Shown in pieces: positions 1-11,600 of a DNA stretch of 64,000 nt. A program made the position numbers and the translations under genes. Source of the stretch: an uncultured Pseudomonadota bacterium (GTDB lineage Bacteria > Myxococcota_A > Polyangia > Fen-1088); NCBI GenBank assembly GCA_963847705.1, contig CAWKBC010000027.1, positions 864,001 to 928,000 of the forward strand, written 5' to 3'. Within the stretch, counting starts at the first letter, position 1. Every line of letters begins with the position of its first letter. Below the pieces are notes generated by a model. It was not told the DNA's origin. It ran no database searches and worked only from the letters and a program-made list of their open reading frames with translations.

Positions 1-762
1 GAACTCCCGGTCGATGCGCGCCTCCTGGGCGAAGGCCTGCACCACCTTGATCCCCGAGAGGTGCTCCTGCAAAAAGGCGTTCAGGCGGGCCAGCTTGGTG
101 CGGATCTCGCGGAAGGCGTCGCGCACCCAGCGCCGGAAGAACGCCGCGATGCCGAACAGCACCGGCGCCGTCCCCATCGAGAAGAGCGCCAGCTTCCAGT
201 CGATGCCGAAGATCGCCACCAGGATGAAGATCAGGCGGATCATGTCGCCGAGCAGGCTGACCAGGCCGGAGGCGAACATCTCGTTGAGCGCCTCGATGTC
301 GCTGGTCATCCGGGTCATCAGGCGCCCGACGGGCGTTCGATCGAAGAAGGACGCCGACAGCGACAGCACGTGCTCGTGCACGCGCATGCGCAAGGTGTTC
401 ATCCCGCGCTGGCCGATGAGCTGCGTGAGGTAAATCTGCGCGAAGGAGGAGGCATACTGGCCGAGGAGCACGCCGAGATAGGCGAGCCCCACGCGATCGA
501 GCCCCGCCAGCCGTCCGATGGCGATGTGCTCGTCGATCGCCTTCTTCAGCAGGTAGGGCTGCGCGATCTCGCACAGCGAGACCACCGGCAGCAGCGCCAC
601 GGCGACGACCAGCTCCTTCTTGTAAGGCCAGACGTAGCCGAAGATTCGCCTGAGCAGCGTCCGGTCGAGCGCCTGCCCGAGCAGCTCCTCGGAGTGTGCG
701 CGCCGGCCGGGGCTCTTGCTCCCGATCGGGGTGAGGGGCTTCTTGCTGACGTCGCGGCTCAC
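1..762 (-). CDS. ABC exporter permease/ATP-binding subunit (N-terminal part; runs off the window), partner of the adjacent ABC gene
   Basis: Not in the ORF track. Manual translation from GTG at 762 (GTGA overlap with the upstream stop) gives MSRDVSKK...LDRTLLRRIFGYVWPYKKELVVAVALLPVVSLCEIAQPYLLKKAID..., followed by a PVGRLMTRMTSD coupling-helix motif typical of type IV exporters. Confidence 0.88.
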   Translation of the reverse strand, partial: MSRDVSKKPLTPIGSKSPGRRAHSEELLGQALDRTLLRRIFGYVWPYKKELVVAVALLPVVSLCEIAQPYLLKKAIDEHIAIGRLAGLDRVGLAYLGVLLGQYASSFAQIYLTQLIGQRGMNTLRMRVHEHVLSLSASFFDRTPVGRLMTRMTSDIEALNEMFASGLVSLLGDMIRLIFILVAIFGIDWKLALFSMGTAPVLFGIAAFFRRWVRDAFREIRTKLARLNAFLQEHLSGIKVVQAFAQEARIDREF

Positions 763-2594
763 GCGGCCCCCGCGGCGGTCGCCAGCGCCTCGGCGTCGAG
801 CTCGGTGCGATAGAGTGAAGCGTAGAGGCCGCCCGCGCCCATCAGCTGCGCGTGCGTCCCCGATTCGACCACCCGCCCCCGATCGAGCACCAGGATCTGG
901 TCGGCGTCCTTCACCGCGGCCAGCCGGTGGGCGATCAGGATCGACGTGCGCCCGGCCAGGATCGGCCGCAGGCGGGTGAGGATCTCCCGCTCGGTCTGGG
1001 CGTCGACCGACGACAGCGAGTCGTCGAGGATCAGGATCTTCGGCTCCGCCGCGAGCGCGCGCGCCAGCGCCACCCGCTGGCGCTGGCCACCCGAAAGGGT
1101 GAGGCCGCGCTCGCCCACCAGCGTGTCGTAGCCGTCGGGGAGGATGGCCAGATCCGGCACCAGGCCGGCCGCCTCCGCCGCGCGCTTGACGCGCTCGAGA
1201 TCGACGGTGTCACCGGGTGCGCCATCGCTGCGCGCCGGCACACCGAACCCGATGTTCTCCGCCACCGTCGCCGAGAACAGGAAGGCGTCCTGCGGCGCGT
1301 AGCCGATCTGCCCGCGCAGGGTGGCCAGCGGGATCTGCGTCAGGTCATGGCCGCCGATCTGGACCGCACCCGGCGCCACCTCGTGCATGCGGACCAGCGC
1401 GTCGACCAGCGTGGTCTTCCCCGCGCCGGTCGGACCGACGATCGCCAGCGTCGCGCCCGCCGGCAGCGAGAACGAAACGCCGTCGAGCAGCCGCCGTCCG
1501 TCGATCTCCACCGAGAGATTCCGCGCCTCGATCGAGGGCGAGGTGATGGTCACCGCGGCGCCAGGAACCACCGGCGCATCGGCAATGCGCGGGGCGGTCT
1601 CCAGGAGCTCGCGCACGCGCACCCAGCCGGCGATCCCCCGCTGCCAGATCCCGATGATCCAGCCGAGCGCGATGGTCGGCCACGACAGCAGGACCAGGTA
1701 GGCGTTGAACGCCACCAGCCCGCCGACCGTCATCCGCCCCAGGATCACCTCGCGTCCCCCGGCCCACAGCACGATCAGCGTCCCGGCGCCGCCGAGCACG
1801 GCGAAGAGCGGCGACAGCGTGCCGCGCGCCCGCACCAGCGCCAGCGAGCGGGTCAGGTACTCGTCGTTGAGCGCCCGGAACCTGGCCTCCCGGGTCGGCT
1901 CCAGCGTGTAGTGCTTGATGACCGCGATCCCGGCCAGGTCCTCCTGGATCGACGTCGACATGACTCCGAGCTGTTCCTGAATCTGACGGCTGGCGGTGTA
2001 CATCTTGCGCGAGAAGAGCCGCGCCCCGGCCAGGAGGGCCGGGTAGGGGAGCAGCGCGAACAGGGTGAGCCGCGGCGACAGGTGCACCAGCAGCCAGACG
2101 GTGGTCGCGTAGACCAGCGCGGTGTTGCAGAGGTTGAGCAACCCTGGCCCGAACATCGCCCGCACCGAGCCGAGGTCGTTGGTCAGCCGCGACATCACGT
2201 CGCCGGTCGGGTGCGCGCGGTAGAACCCGGCGTCGAGGCGCAGCAGGTGGCGAAAGACGTCGCCCCGCAGCCGGTACTCGACGTTCCGCCCCGCATTGAA
2301 GATGAAGATGCGCGACCAGGTCCGGATGACCGCCTGCGCGACGGCGAACCCGGCGATGAGCGCCGCGTTGCGCACCACCAGCGCGTGCAGCCCGCCGGCC
2401 GCCCGGGCCCCTCCGCGAAGGGCGTCGATCGCCCCCTTGATCAGCCAGGGGATCGTCAGGGAGAGGGCGTTGGTGGCGCCCAGGCAGAGGCAACCCAGCA
2501 GGAGGCCGGCCAGCTCCGGCCGCAACCTCGAGCGCAAGGACGGTCCCGAGGCAGGCCGGAGGGACGACACGCGCGCAAGTATCCGTGATCGCAT
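759..2594 (-). CDS. ABC exporter, fused TMD + NBD (MsbA/YheI-like half transporter)
   Basis: TM region with TGDVMSRLTND, Walker A GPTGAGKT, signature LSGGQRQR, degenerate Walker B ILILDD, H-loop IAHRL. The exact start is uncertain. Confidence 0.93.
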   Translation of the reverse strand: MRSRILARVSSLRPASGPSLRSRLRPELAGLLLGCLCLGATNALSLTIPWLIKGAIDALRGGARAAGGLHALVVRNAALIAGFAVAQAVIRTWSRIFIFNAGRNVEYRLRGDVFRHLLRLDAGFYRAHPTGDVMSRLTNDLGSVRAMFGPGLLNLCNTALVYATTVWLLVHLSPRLTLFALLPYPALLAGARLFSRKMYTASRQIQEQLGVMSTSIQEDLAGIAVIKHYTLEPTREARFRALNDEYLTRSLALVRARGTLSPLFAVLGGAGTLIVLWAGGREVILGRMTVGGLVAFNAYLVLLSWPTIALGWIIGIWQRGIAGWVRVRELLETAPRIADAPVVPGAAVTITSPSIEARNLSVEIDGRRLLDGVSFSLPAGATLAIVGPTGAGKTTLVDALVRMHEVAPGAVQIGGHDLTQIPLATLRGQIGYAPQDAFLFSATVAENIGFGVPARSDGAPGDTVDLERVKRAAEAAGLVPDLAILPDGYDTLVGERGLTLSGGQRQRVALARALAAEPKILILDDSLSSVDAQTEREILTRLRPILAGRTSILIAHRLAAVKDADQILVLDRGRVVESGTHAQLMGAGGLYASLYRTELDAEALATAAGAA

Positions 2595-2618
2595 TCGGAT
2601 CTTCCTCTATCTTCGCGA

Positions 2619-2648
2619 TTGAACCGCTCAAAGGCGTGGATCTATAGT
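2619..2648 (+). promoter_or_regulatory. Possible sigma70 promoter for the giant TPR gene
   Basis: TTGAAC-18 nt-TATAGT in the AT-richer divergent intergenic region. Confidence 0.4.
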
Positions 2649-2698
2649 CGTTAGTCTTTTTCTCTCTCTCGTCTCCCCTTCGCCGGGGCCCCGTCACC

Positions 2699-5600
2699 AT
2701 GTCCACCACCGTTTCGACAGCCCTCGCCGCCCTGCAGCTCCGTCCGGACGACGCGCAGGCCTTGCAGGCCCTCAAGACCGTTCACCCAGGCAACGGCGCC
2801 GGCATCGAGGCGGACGCGCTCTCGAAGGCGCTCGCCGACGCGCGCCGCTGGCACCGCGAGCACGCCGACTTCGAGCTCTGTCTGGAGCTCATCGATCTGG
2901 AGCTCGGGTTCACCACCGGCGACGCCCGGCGCGCCGACCTGCTGCACGAGAAGGGGCGGCTGCTCTCCGACGAGCTGCTCCGCGACGAGGCCGGCCAGGC
3001 GGCCGTGCAGCAGGCGCTGGAGGCGGTGCCCAACCACAAGGCGTCGGCCGAGTCGCTGGCGCAGATGACGCTGGTCCGCGCCAACTGGGAGCCGATCTCG
3101 CGGCGCTACCTGCAGCAGGCCGAGCAGGCCAAGGATCCCGCGCTCGCCTCCAGCCTGCACGGCTCGGTGGCGGAGTTCTATCTCAAGTACCGGCCGGCGG
3201 GCCCGGAGGGAGAGGCGCATCTGCGCAGGAGCCTCGAGCTCGACGCCGGCAACCGCCGCTCGGCGGCCCACCTCGAACGGATCCTGCGCGAGACCGGCCG
3301 GCGCGACGAGCTGCTCGCGCTCTACCGCCAGCGGGCTGAGCGCGCGCAGACCCGCGAGGAGCGGACGGCCGCCGAGATCCTGGCGGGCGAGCTGTGCGAG
3401 CAGCTGGGGCGCGGCCCCGAGGCCTTCGCCCATTTCAGGAAGGCGCTCGACGCCAACCCGTACGAGCCCCGCGCGCTGCAGGCTGTCCGCGCCGCGATGA
3501 CCGCCAGCGGGGCCTGGACCGATCTGGCCAAGGTGCTGGAGGCGGCGGCGCGGACCAAGCGCGGGGAGCAGGACGTCGCGCTGCTCACCGAGCTGGCGCT
3601 GCTCTTCGGCAATCAGCTCAAACAGCAGGACATGGCGGAGCCGTTCTTCCGCCGGGTCCGCAAGCTCGACCCCTCCAACCGCGAGATGGTCGAGTTCTAT
3701 CGGGCGTATCACACCGCGCGGAACGAGATGCCGCAGCTCCTGGCGGTGCTGGCGCAGGCCCAGAAGACCGAATCCGATCTCGACCGGCGCATCGCGATGG
3801 GGATCGAGATGGCGCGCGCCGCCGAGCAGCGGGCGCAGAACGCCGACAAGGCGATCGAGATCTGGAAGGGTCTCCTCCGCCTGCGGCCGCACCTGCCCGA
3901 GGCGGTGGCGTCGCTGCGCAAGCTCTACACGGCGACCGAAAAGTGGAACGCGCTGCTCGAGCTCCTGAAGGACGATCTCGACGCCGTCCCGGCCGGGGAC
4001 GTCGACGAGAAGATCAACCGTCACCTGGAAATCGTGGCCGTCTACCGCGATCGACTGAACCTCGATGTGATGGTGGTGACGACCTACCTCAACATCCTGT
4101 CGCTCAAGCCGGATCACCCGGCGGCGCTGGCGGCGCTGGCGGCGCGTTACGAGGCGCAGGGGCGCTACGGCGATCTGGTCCAGATCCTGGCGCGCCAGGC
4201 CGAGGCGGCGGCTGAGCCGGCGGCGCGGGTGGCGCTGCACCGGCGCATCGCCTCGCTGTGGGCCGACAAGCTGGGCAAGCACCAGAACGCCGTCGCCAGC
4301 TTCGAGAAGATCTTCGAGGCCGATCCGACCGACGCCGAGACCGGCGCGCGGCTCAAGGACCTCTACACCAAGGCCCGCGCCTGGCGGCCGCTCATCGAGC
4401 TTCTGCGCAAGGAGCTCCCGCACAGCAACGCGGCCGGCCGGCGCGCGCGCCTCTCGGAGATGGCGCGCATCGCGGGCGAGCGGCTCAACGACACCCGCGA
4501 GGCGATCGCGCTTTACAACCAGGTGCTGGCGATCGAGGCGCGCGACGAGGGGGCGCTCGCCGGGCTGGCGACGCTCTACGAGCGCGAACGACGCTGGCCG
4601 GCGCTGGTGGAGATCCTGGAGCGGCAGCGTCAGAACGCCGAGGGGAACGCGGCGGCCGAGCTGGCCCTGCTCGAACGGCGCGGCACGCTGCTCTACGAGC
4701 GGATGGCCGCCTCCGAGGCCGCCATCGATGTCTTCAAGCGAATCCAGGCGCTCGATCCCAAGAACGCCCGCGCCGCCCGCGCGCTGCGCGAGATCTACGC
4801 GCAGGCCGGCGACTACACCGCGCTCGAGGCGCTGTACGCCGAGCAGGGCGCCTTCGGCGAGCTGTGCGACCAGCTGACCTCACTGGCCGATCGCACGGCC
4901 GACATGGCGGCGCGCACCCGCTTGCTCGAACGGGTGGCGGCGCTCTCCCAGGAGAAGCTGAATCAGCCGGAGCGCGCGCTCAAGGCCTACGAGCGGATCC
5001 TGGCGACCGACCCCCGCAACCGCAAGGCGGCGCTGGCGCTGGTGCCGCTTTACCGGGCGGCGCAGAAGTGGCCGCGCCTCCTGGCGACCTACGAGGTGTT
5101 GCTCGGCCCGGCGGCGGCCGGCGACGGCGTGGGGATGGCCGAGCGGCTCGAGCTCTTCGCCGAGGCGCGCCGGATCTCCGAGCAGCGCCTCGGCTCGAAG
5201 GCGCTGGCCTTCCAGTGGTGCGCGCGCGCCTTCGAGGCGGCGCCCCAGAACCCCGACGTCCGGACCGACCTCGAACGGCTGGCGGGCGAAGCTGACGAGT
5301 GGGGCGCGCTGGCGGCGCCTCTACGAGACCCGCTTCGCCGTCTCGACCGACGCCGAGGAGCGGATCTGGCTCCTGCGCCGGGTGCTGCGCATCTCCGCCA
5401 CCCGGCTCTTCAAGCCGCAGGACACCCGCCGCGCCGCCGAGCAGATCCTGGCCGAGGTCGGCTACGACGAGGAGGCCGACGGCGCGCTCGAGACCGTTCT
5501 CACCCAGGCCAAGGCCTGGCCCGAGCTGGCCAAGCTGCTGCACGCCCGCGCCGATCGTGCGCCCGACGCGGCCGAGCGGATCAAGCTGCTGCTGCGCATC

Positions 5601-8600
5601 GCGCAGATCGAAGAAGAGCGGGTGGCCGATCTGGCCGCCGCCGCCGCCACCTGGGCGGCGATCCTCGACGTCGAGCCCGCCAACGAGCGGGCCCGCCGCG
5701 CGCTGGTGCGCGTCTCCGAGGCGCGTCAGGACTGGAACGGCGTCGTCGAGGCGCTGCGCGGAGATCTCGCCAGCCGCGGGGCACTGGCGCCGGACGCCTC
5801 GAAGGAGGAGGTCAAGGAGCGCGAGGAGCTGCTGCTGCGGATCGGGAACCTGCAGGAGACGCGGCTCAACGACGTCGACGCGACCTTCGCCTCGTACCGC
5901 GAGGTGGCCCAGGCCAACCCCTATTCAGCGCCGGCCATCGCCGGTCTCGAGCGGCTGGCGGCGGCCGGCCATCCCGAGCGGGCGGCGATCGCCCGCATGA
6001 CGTTGCCGCTCTACGAGCGGACCGAGAACGCCGCCAAGCTGGCCGACGCCAACGAGGTGCTGCTCTCGGTGGCCGACACGCTGGGCGAGCGGGTCGATCG
6101 GCTGGAGAGGTTGCGGGCGCTCTACGGAGGGCCGCTCAACGATCCGGCCAAGGCCTACCGGGCCAGCCTGGCGCTGTTCGAGATCGATCCCTCCGAGGTG
6201 TCGAACCGGGAGGCGCTGCTGGGGTTCGCTGCCGGCGCCGGCGTCACCGGCGAGCTCAGCGACAAGCTGCGGGCCGCGGCCGGCACCACGGAAGATCGCA
6301 ACCTGCGCCGCGACCTGCTGGTGGTCGTCGCCGAGCTCGAGGAGAAGCAGCCGGGACGGGCGCCGGAGGCGGAGAAGGTCTACGCGCAGATCCTCGCCTC
6401 CGAGCCGATGCACGCCGGCGCCTTCCGCGCGCTCGGGCGCCTCTACAAGGAGGGCGCGCGCTGGCCGGAGCTGCGGGCGCTCCTCGACACCCGCCAGCTG
6501 GCAGCGCTCGACGCGCGCGAGCGGCTGGATCTGCTGGCGCAGATCGCCGAGCTCGACGAGGCCTCGCTCGCCGACCCGGACCACGCGCTCGAGGCGTACG
6601 AGAAGATGCTGGAGCTCGATCCGTCCGACCTGCGCGCCCACCGCGCGCTCGAACGGCTCTACGCGGCCCGCGAGCGCTGGAGCGATCTCGAGGCGCTGCT
6701 GGGGACGCGGGTCGGCTTCGCCTCGGAGAGCGAAGTGCCGGAGCTGGAGTTCCGCCGCGCCGATCTGCGCGCCGGCACGGCTCGACAACGTCGCCCGGCG
6801 CGCTCGATCTGCTGGAGGGGATCGTCGAGGCGGCGCCCAGCCACGAAGGCGCCCGCCGGCTGCTGGAGAAGCTGCTGGCGGTCCCCGCCCAGCGCCAGCG
6901 GGTCGCGCAGATCCTGGCGCCGGTCTACGAGAAGAGCGGCGCCTGGGCCCGGCTGGCCGCGATCCTCGAGGTGCAGCGCGAGGTTCTGGAATCCACGGAG
7001 GCGGCCGCGCTGCTGGCACGGGTGGCCGACCTGCAAGAGAACAAGCTGCAGGCGCGGGCCGTGGCCCTCACCACCTGGCGCCAGGTGCTGGCTGCGGACC
7101 CGGAGAACCCCGACGCGCTCCCCGAGATCGAGCGTCTGGCGACGACGCTGGAACGCTTCTCCGAGCTGGTCGACGTCTATCAGGAGCTGGCCTTCCGCCG
7201 CGACGCCTCCGACATCAGCGGCCGCGCCGATCTGCTGTCACGCGCGGCAAAGCTCTACGCCGGGCGTCTCAACAACCGGCGGGCGGCCATCGACGCCTGG
7301 AAGCTGGTCCTCAACCTCGATCAGAACAACCTCCCCACCGCCGTGCCGGCCGCGGCGGCGCTGGAGGCGCTCTACGCCGAGACCAACGACGTCGCCAACC
7401 TGGTCAAGACGCTGCAGCTGCAGGCGCGCTGGGCCGACGGCGCGGAGCGGAAGAAGCTGCTGTTCCGCACCGCCGGGCTGGAGGAGAAGTCGCTGGGCGA
7501 CATCGAGGCGGCGGTGGCCACGCTGCGGACCATCCTCGAGGCCGACCCGCAGGACGGGACGGCGATCGATACGCTCGATCGGATCTTCGAGGCGGGGGCC
7601 AACCACCGCCAGCGGGTGGAGATCCTTCGCAAGCGGATCGGCCTCTCCGGCGACGCGTCGGCGCGGCAGGAGCTCTGGCGCAGCGTCGCCAGCCTGCTCG
7701 AAAAGGACGTGGGCGACGTCGACGAGGCGATCGCCGCCTGCGTCAGCATTCTCGACGAGAACCCCGAGGACGATCAGGCCCTCGAGACCCTGGCGCGGCT
7801 CTACGAGCAGCAGGGGCGCCACCGGGATCGGCTGGAGATCGTCGAGCGCCGGCTGGCGTTGCGGCCACCGAAGGATCCGCAGCGGCTCTTGCTCCTCAAG
7901 CAACTGGCCAACCTGCTGGGGGGCCCGCTCGGCGACCCGACCGGCGCGCTCGAGCGCTGGCGCGAGGTGCTGGAAGCGGCCCCCGAAGACGCCGAGGCGC
8001 TGGTGGCGCTGGAGCACTTCTTGGCGCCCGGCACCGACGCGGGGCTGCGGCTGGCGGCCGCGCAGGTGCTGGAGCCGATCTACGAGAAGGGCGGTCGCTA
8101 CGCCGCGCTGGCGGCGATCGTTCGCATCTACGTCGAGGCCGAGGCCGACGTCCGGGCGCGCCTCGGCGAGCTGGTGCGGCTGGCGGCGCTCGAGGAGACG
8201 CAGCTCGGCGACACCGAGGGGGCGCTGCAGACGACGGCGCTGGCGATCCGCGACGCCCTGACCGAGCCGGAGCTCCCGGCGTTGCTCGACGCCTACGAGC
8301 GCCTGGCCGGACCCCAGCGGCTGGCCGAGGTCACCACGCTCTACCGTGACATCAGCCCGGACGTCCTCGACGAGGCGCTCAAGCTCCGGCTCGATCGCAC
8401 CATCGCCGCCGCGGCGGCCGGGCAGGGGGATGCGGTGACGGCGGCCGACTACTACCGCCGCATCCTCGATCGCGTCCCCGACGACGACGGGACGCTCGCC
8501 GCGCTCGACACGATCTACCGGGGCAACGGCGACGCGCAGGCGCTCTACGAGATCCTCCTGCGGCGGGCGGAGCTGGCCAAGGAGCCGGCCATCGAGGGGG

Positions 8601-11600
8601 CGCTGCGCGTGCAGATCGGCGAGCTGGCGGAGACCAAGCTGGAGCGGCTCGACGACGCGATCTCCGCCTACGAGCGGGTGGTCGAGATCGTGCCCGCCGA
8701 TCGCATGGCGGGCCCTGCGCTCGATCGTCTCTACACCAAGGCCGAGCGCTGGAGCGATCTGATTCGCCTGCTCGGCGAGCTCTTGCAGCGCGGGCGGCGG
8801 CCGGAGAAGGAGCTGGTCGACCTCCGCTTCCGTCTGGCGCAGATCGAGCACGATCGGCGCGGCGATCGCGAGGCGGCGCTGGAGCACCTGAAGCTCGTTC
8901 TCTCGGACACGCCCGATCATGCCGGTGCCATCGCCATGCTCGAGGGGATGCTCGACGACGTGGGGGTGCAAGGGGCGGCGGCCACGCTGCTCGAGCCGGT
9001 CTACGCGGGACGCGGCGACTGGAAGTCCCTCATCAAGATTGGCGAGATTCGCCTGCTGCAGGTGGAGGACCCGGCTGAACGGCTGGGCTGGACCAAGCGG
9101 ATCGCCCGGCTCTACGAGGAGCAGCTGGAGGACTTCGACAGCGCGCTCCGCTGGTACGGGAAGGTCTTCCAGGAGGCGCCGACCGAGCGGCAGGCCACCG
9201 AGCCGCTGCTGCGCCTGGCCGACAAGCTCGATCGCTGGCAGGACGCGGCCAGCCTGCTGGCCAGCTATCTCGACAACGAGCTCAACGAGGAGCCGGCGGT
9301 GCTGGACATCGTGCGCCGCACCGCCGAGATCTTCGATCTGCGCCTGGGAGAGCGCCCGGAGGCCCAGAAGTACTACCGGCGGCTCTTCGACGCGCGCCCC
9401 GACGATCGCGCCACCACGCAGCTCTATGAAGCGGCGCTGGAGCGCTGGGGGGCCTGGGCGGAGCTGCGCGAGCTCATCGACGAGCAGGCCGGGCGGGCGC
9501 CGGATCCCACGGCGCGCGTGGCGCTCCTGCGCCGCAGCGCCAAGCTCGACGAAGAGAAGCTGGACGACGCGAACCGCGCGGTCGGGACGCTGCGCGAGGC
9601 GCTGGAGGTCGATCCGACCGATCGCAAGGCGGCCAGCGAGCTGGAACGGCTGCTGTCGCAGGCGGGCCGCTGGTCCGACCTGGCCGACCACCTGAACTCG
9701 AGCCTGGATCGCGAGCCGCTGGGGGCCGACAAGGACGCCGCCACGCTGCGCCTGGCGGAGATCCTGGCCAACCGGATCGGCGACACCACCAGCGCGGTCG
9801 ATCGCTACGCCGAGATCCTCTCCCGCCCGGCCGCCCCCCGCGACACCGCGGCAGCGGTCAGCGCCCTCGAGGGGATGGCCAAAGACGCCGACCAGCGCAC
9901 CCGCGTGGCGGTGATCCTGGAGCCGGTCTATCGCCGCAGCGGCGACCTCAACAAGCTGGTCGGCGCGCTCGACGCCCAGCTCGAATCGGCCGATGACCGG
10001 GCCGAGCGCGTGCGCATCCTCGGCGAGATGGCCGAGATTCACCAGCGCCTCGGCCGCCTCGATCTGGCGTTCGACTGCCGCAGCCGGGCCTGGCTGGCCG
10101 ACGTGGAGTCGATGGAGACGCTGGCCGCGATGGAGTCGCTGGGCCTGGGCGCCAAGCTGCACGCCCCGCTGGTCGTGGCGCTGCAAAGGGGGGCGGTCGA
10201 AGCGGTCGACCCCGACCTGCAGGCGCAGCTCTGGGCCGCCTCCGCCAAGCTGCTCGAGTCACCGCTCGGTCGCGCCGCCGAGGCCATCGAGGCGTGGCGC
10301 GCCGCCCTGGCCGCCCGGCCCGACGAGCGGGAGATCTTCCTGGCGCTCGAGCGCCTGCTGGCCGGCGCCGGCCGCCCGGGCGAGCTGGTGGAGATCCTCG
10401 AGCGCCACCTGGAGTTCGCCGTCGACGGCGACGAGCGCAAGGTCATCGCCAAGCGGATCGCCGTGCTCTACGAGGACGCGCTCAAGGAGTCCGAGCGTGC
10501 CGTGCGGGCCTGGGAGACGGTGCTGGAGATCGATCCCAACGAGGCGGAGGCGCTGGAGTCCCTGGCGCAGCTCCACCTGGCCGCCGGGGCCTACCGTGAG
10601 CTGGCCGAGGTCTACGCCCGCAAGATCGAGATCACCGACCGCGCCGACGAGCGTCGCATGCTCTTCATGCAGAGCGCCCGCATCTACGAGGAGAACCTCA
10701 GCGACCCGGATCGGGCCATCGAACAGCTGCGTGCGCTGCTGGTCGAGACCCCGGGCGACGGGGAGGCGCTGACCGATCTCGATCGGATCCTGACCGCCGA
10801 AGGGCGCCAGACCGAGCTGGTCGAGGTGCTGGACGCGCGCGCCGCCGGGGTCCAGGACCCCGCCGCGCGCGACGAGCTCGCCTTCCGCGCGGCACGCCTG
10901 GTCGAGACCGAGCTGGGCGACGTCGAGGGGGCGATCGGTCGCTACGCCAAGATCCTGGCCCGGGCGCCCCAGCATCCCGGGGCGCGCGACGCGCTCTACA
11001 CGATCGCGCGCGGCGATGACTACCGGCTCTCCGCGGTCGCGGTCCTCGAGCCGATCGAGCGGGCCGGCAAGGCCTGGGACGGGGTGATCGAGCTTCTCGA
11101 GCTGCGCCTGGCCGTCGAGGACGCGGTCCCCGCTCGCCTGGCGCTGCTCGCCGAGATCGCCCGGATCGAGGAGACCGAGCGGCGCGACGTGCAGATGGCG
11201 TTCGCCGCCTGGGCGCGGGCCCTGACCGAGGACGCCACCGTCGACGAGCCGCGCGAGGCGCTGGAGCGCCTGGCGGCGGCTCACCGGGACTGGGCGCGGC
11301 TGGCCGACGTCTACGCCGAGCGCATGGACGCCACCTTCGACGCCGGGCTCCAGCGCACGCTGGCCATGCGGCTGGCGTCGCTCTACGAGAACGAGCTCTC
11401 CGATCTGAACCGCGCGGCCGACCACCTGCGCAAGGCGCAGTCCCTGCCCGGCGACGAGGAGCCGGTCCTGGCCGCGCTGGAGCGGATCCTGGGCAAGCTC
11501 GGCGAGCACGACGAGCTTGCGCAGGTGCTGGCGCGCGAGGCGGAGCTGGCCAACGAGCCGAGCGCGCAGGCCGATTTTCTGGCGGCGCTGGGGACCTTGC

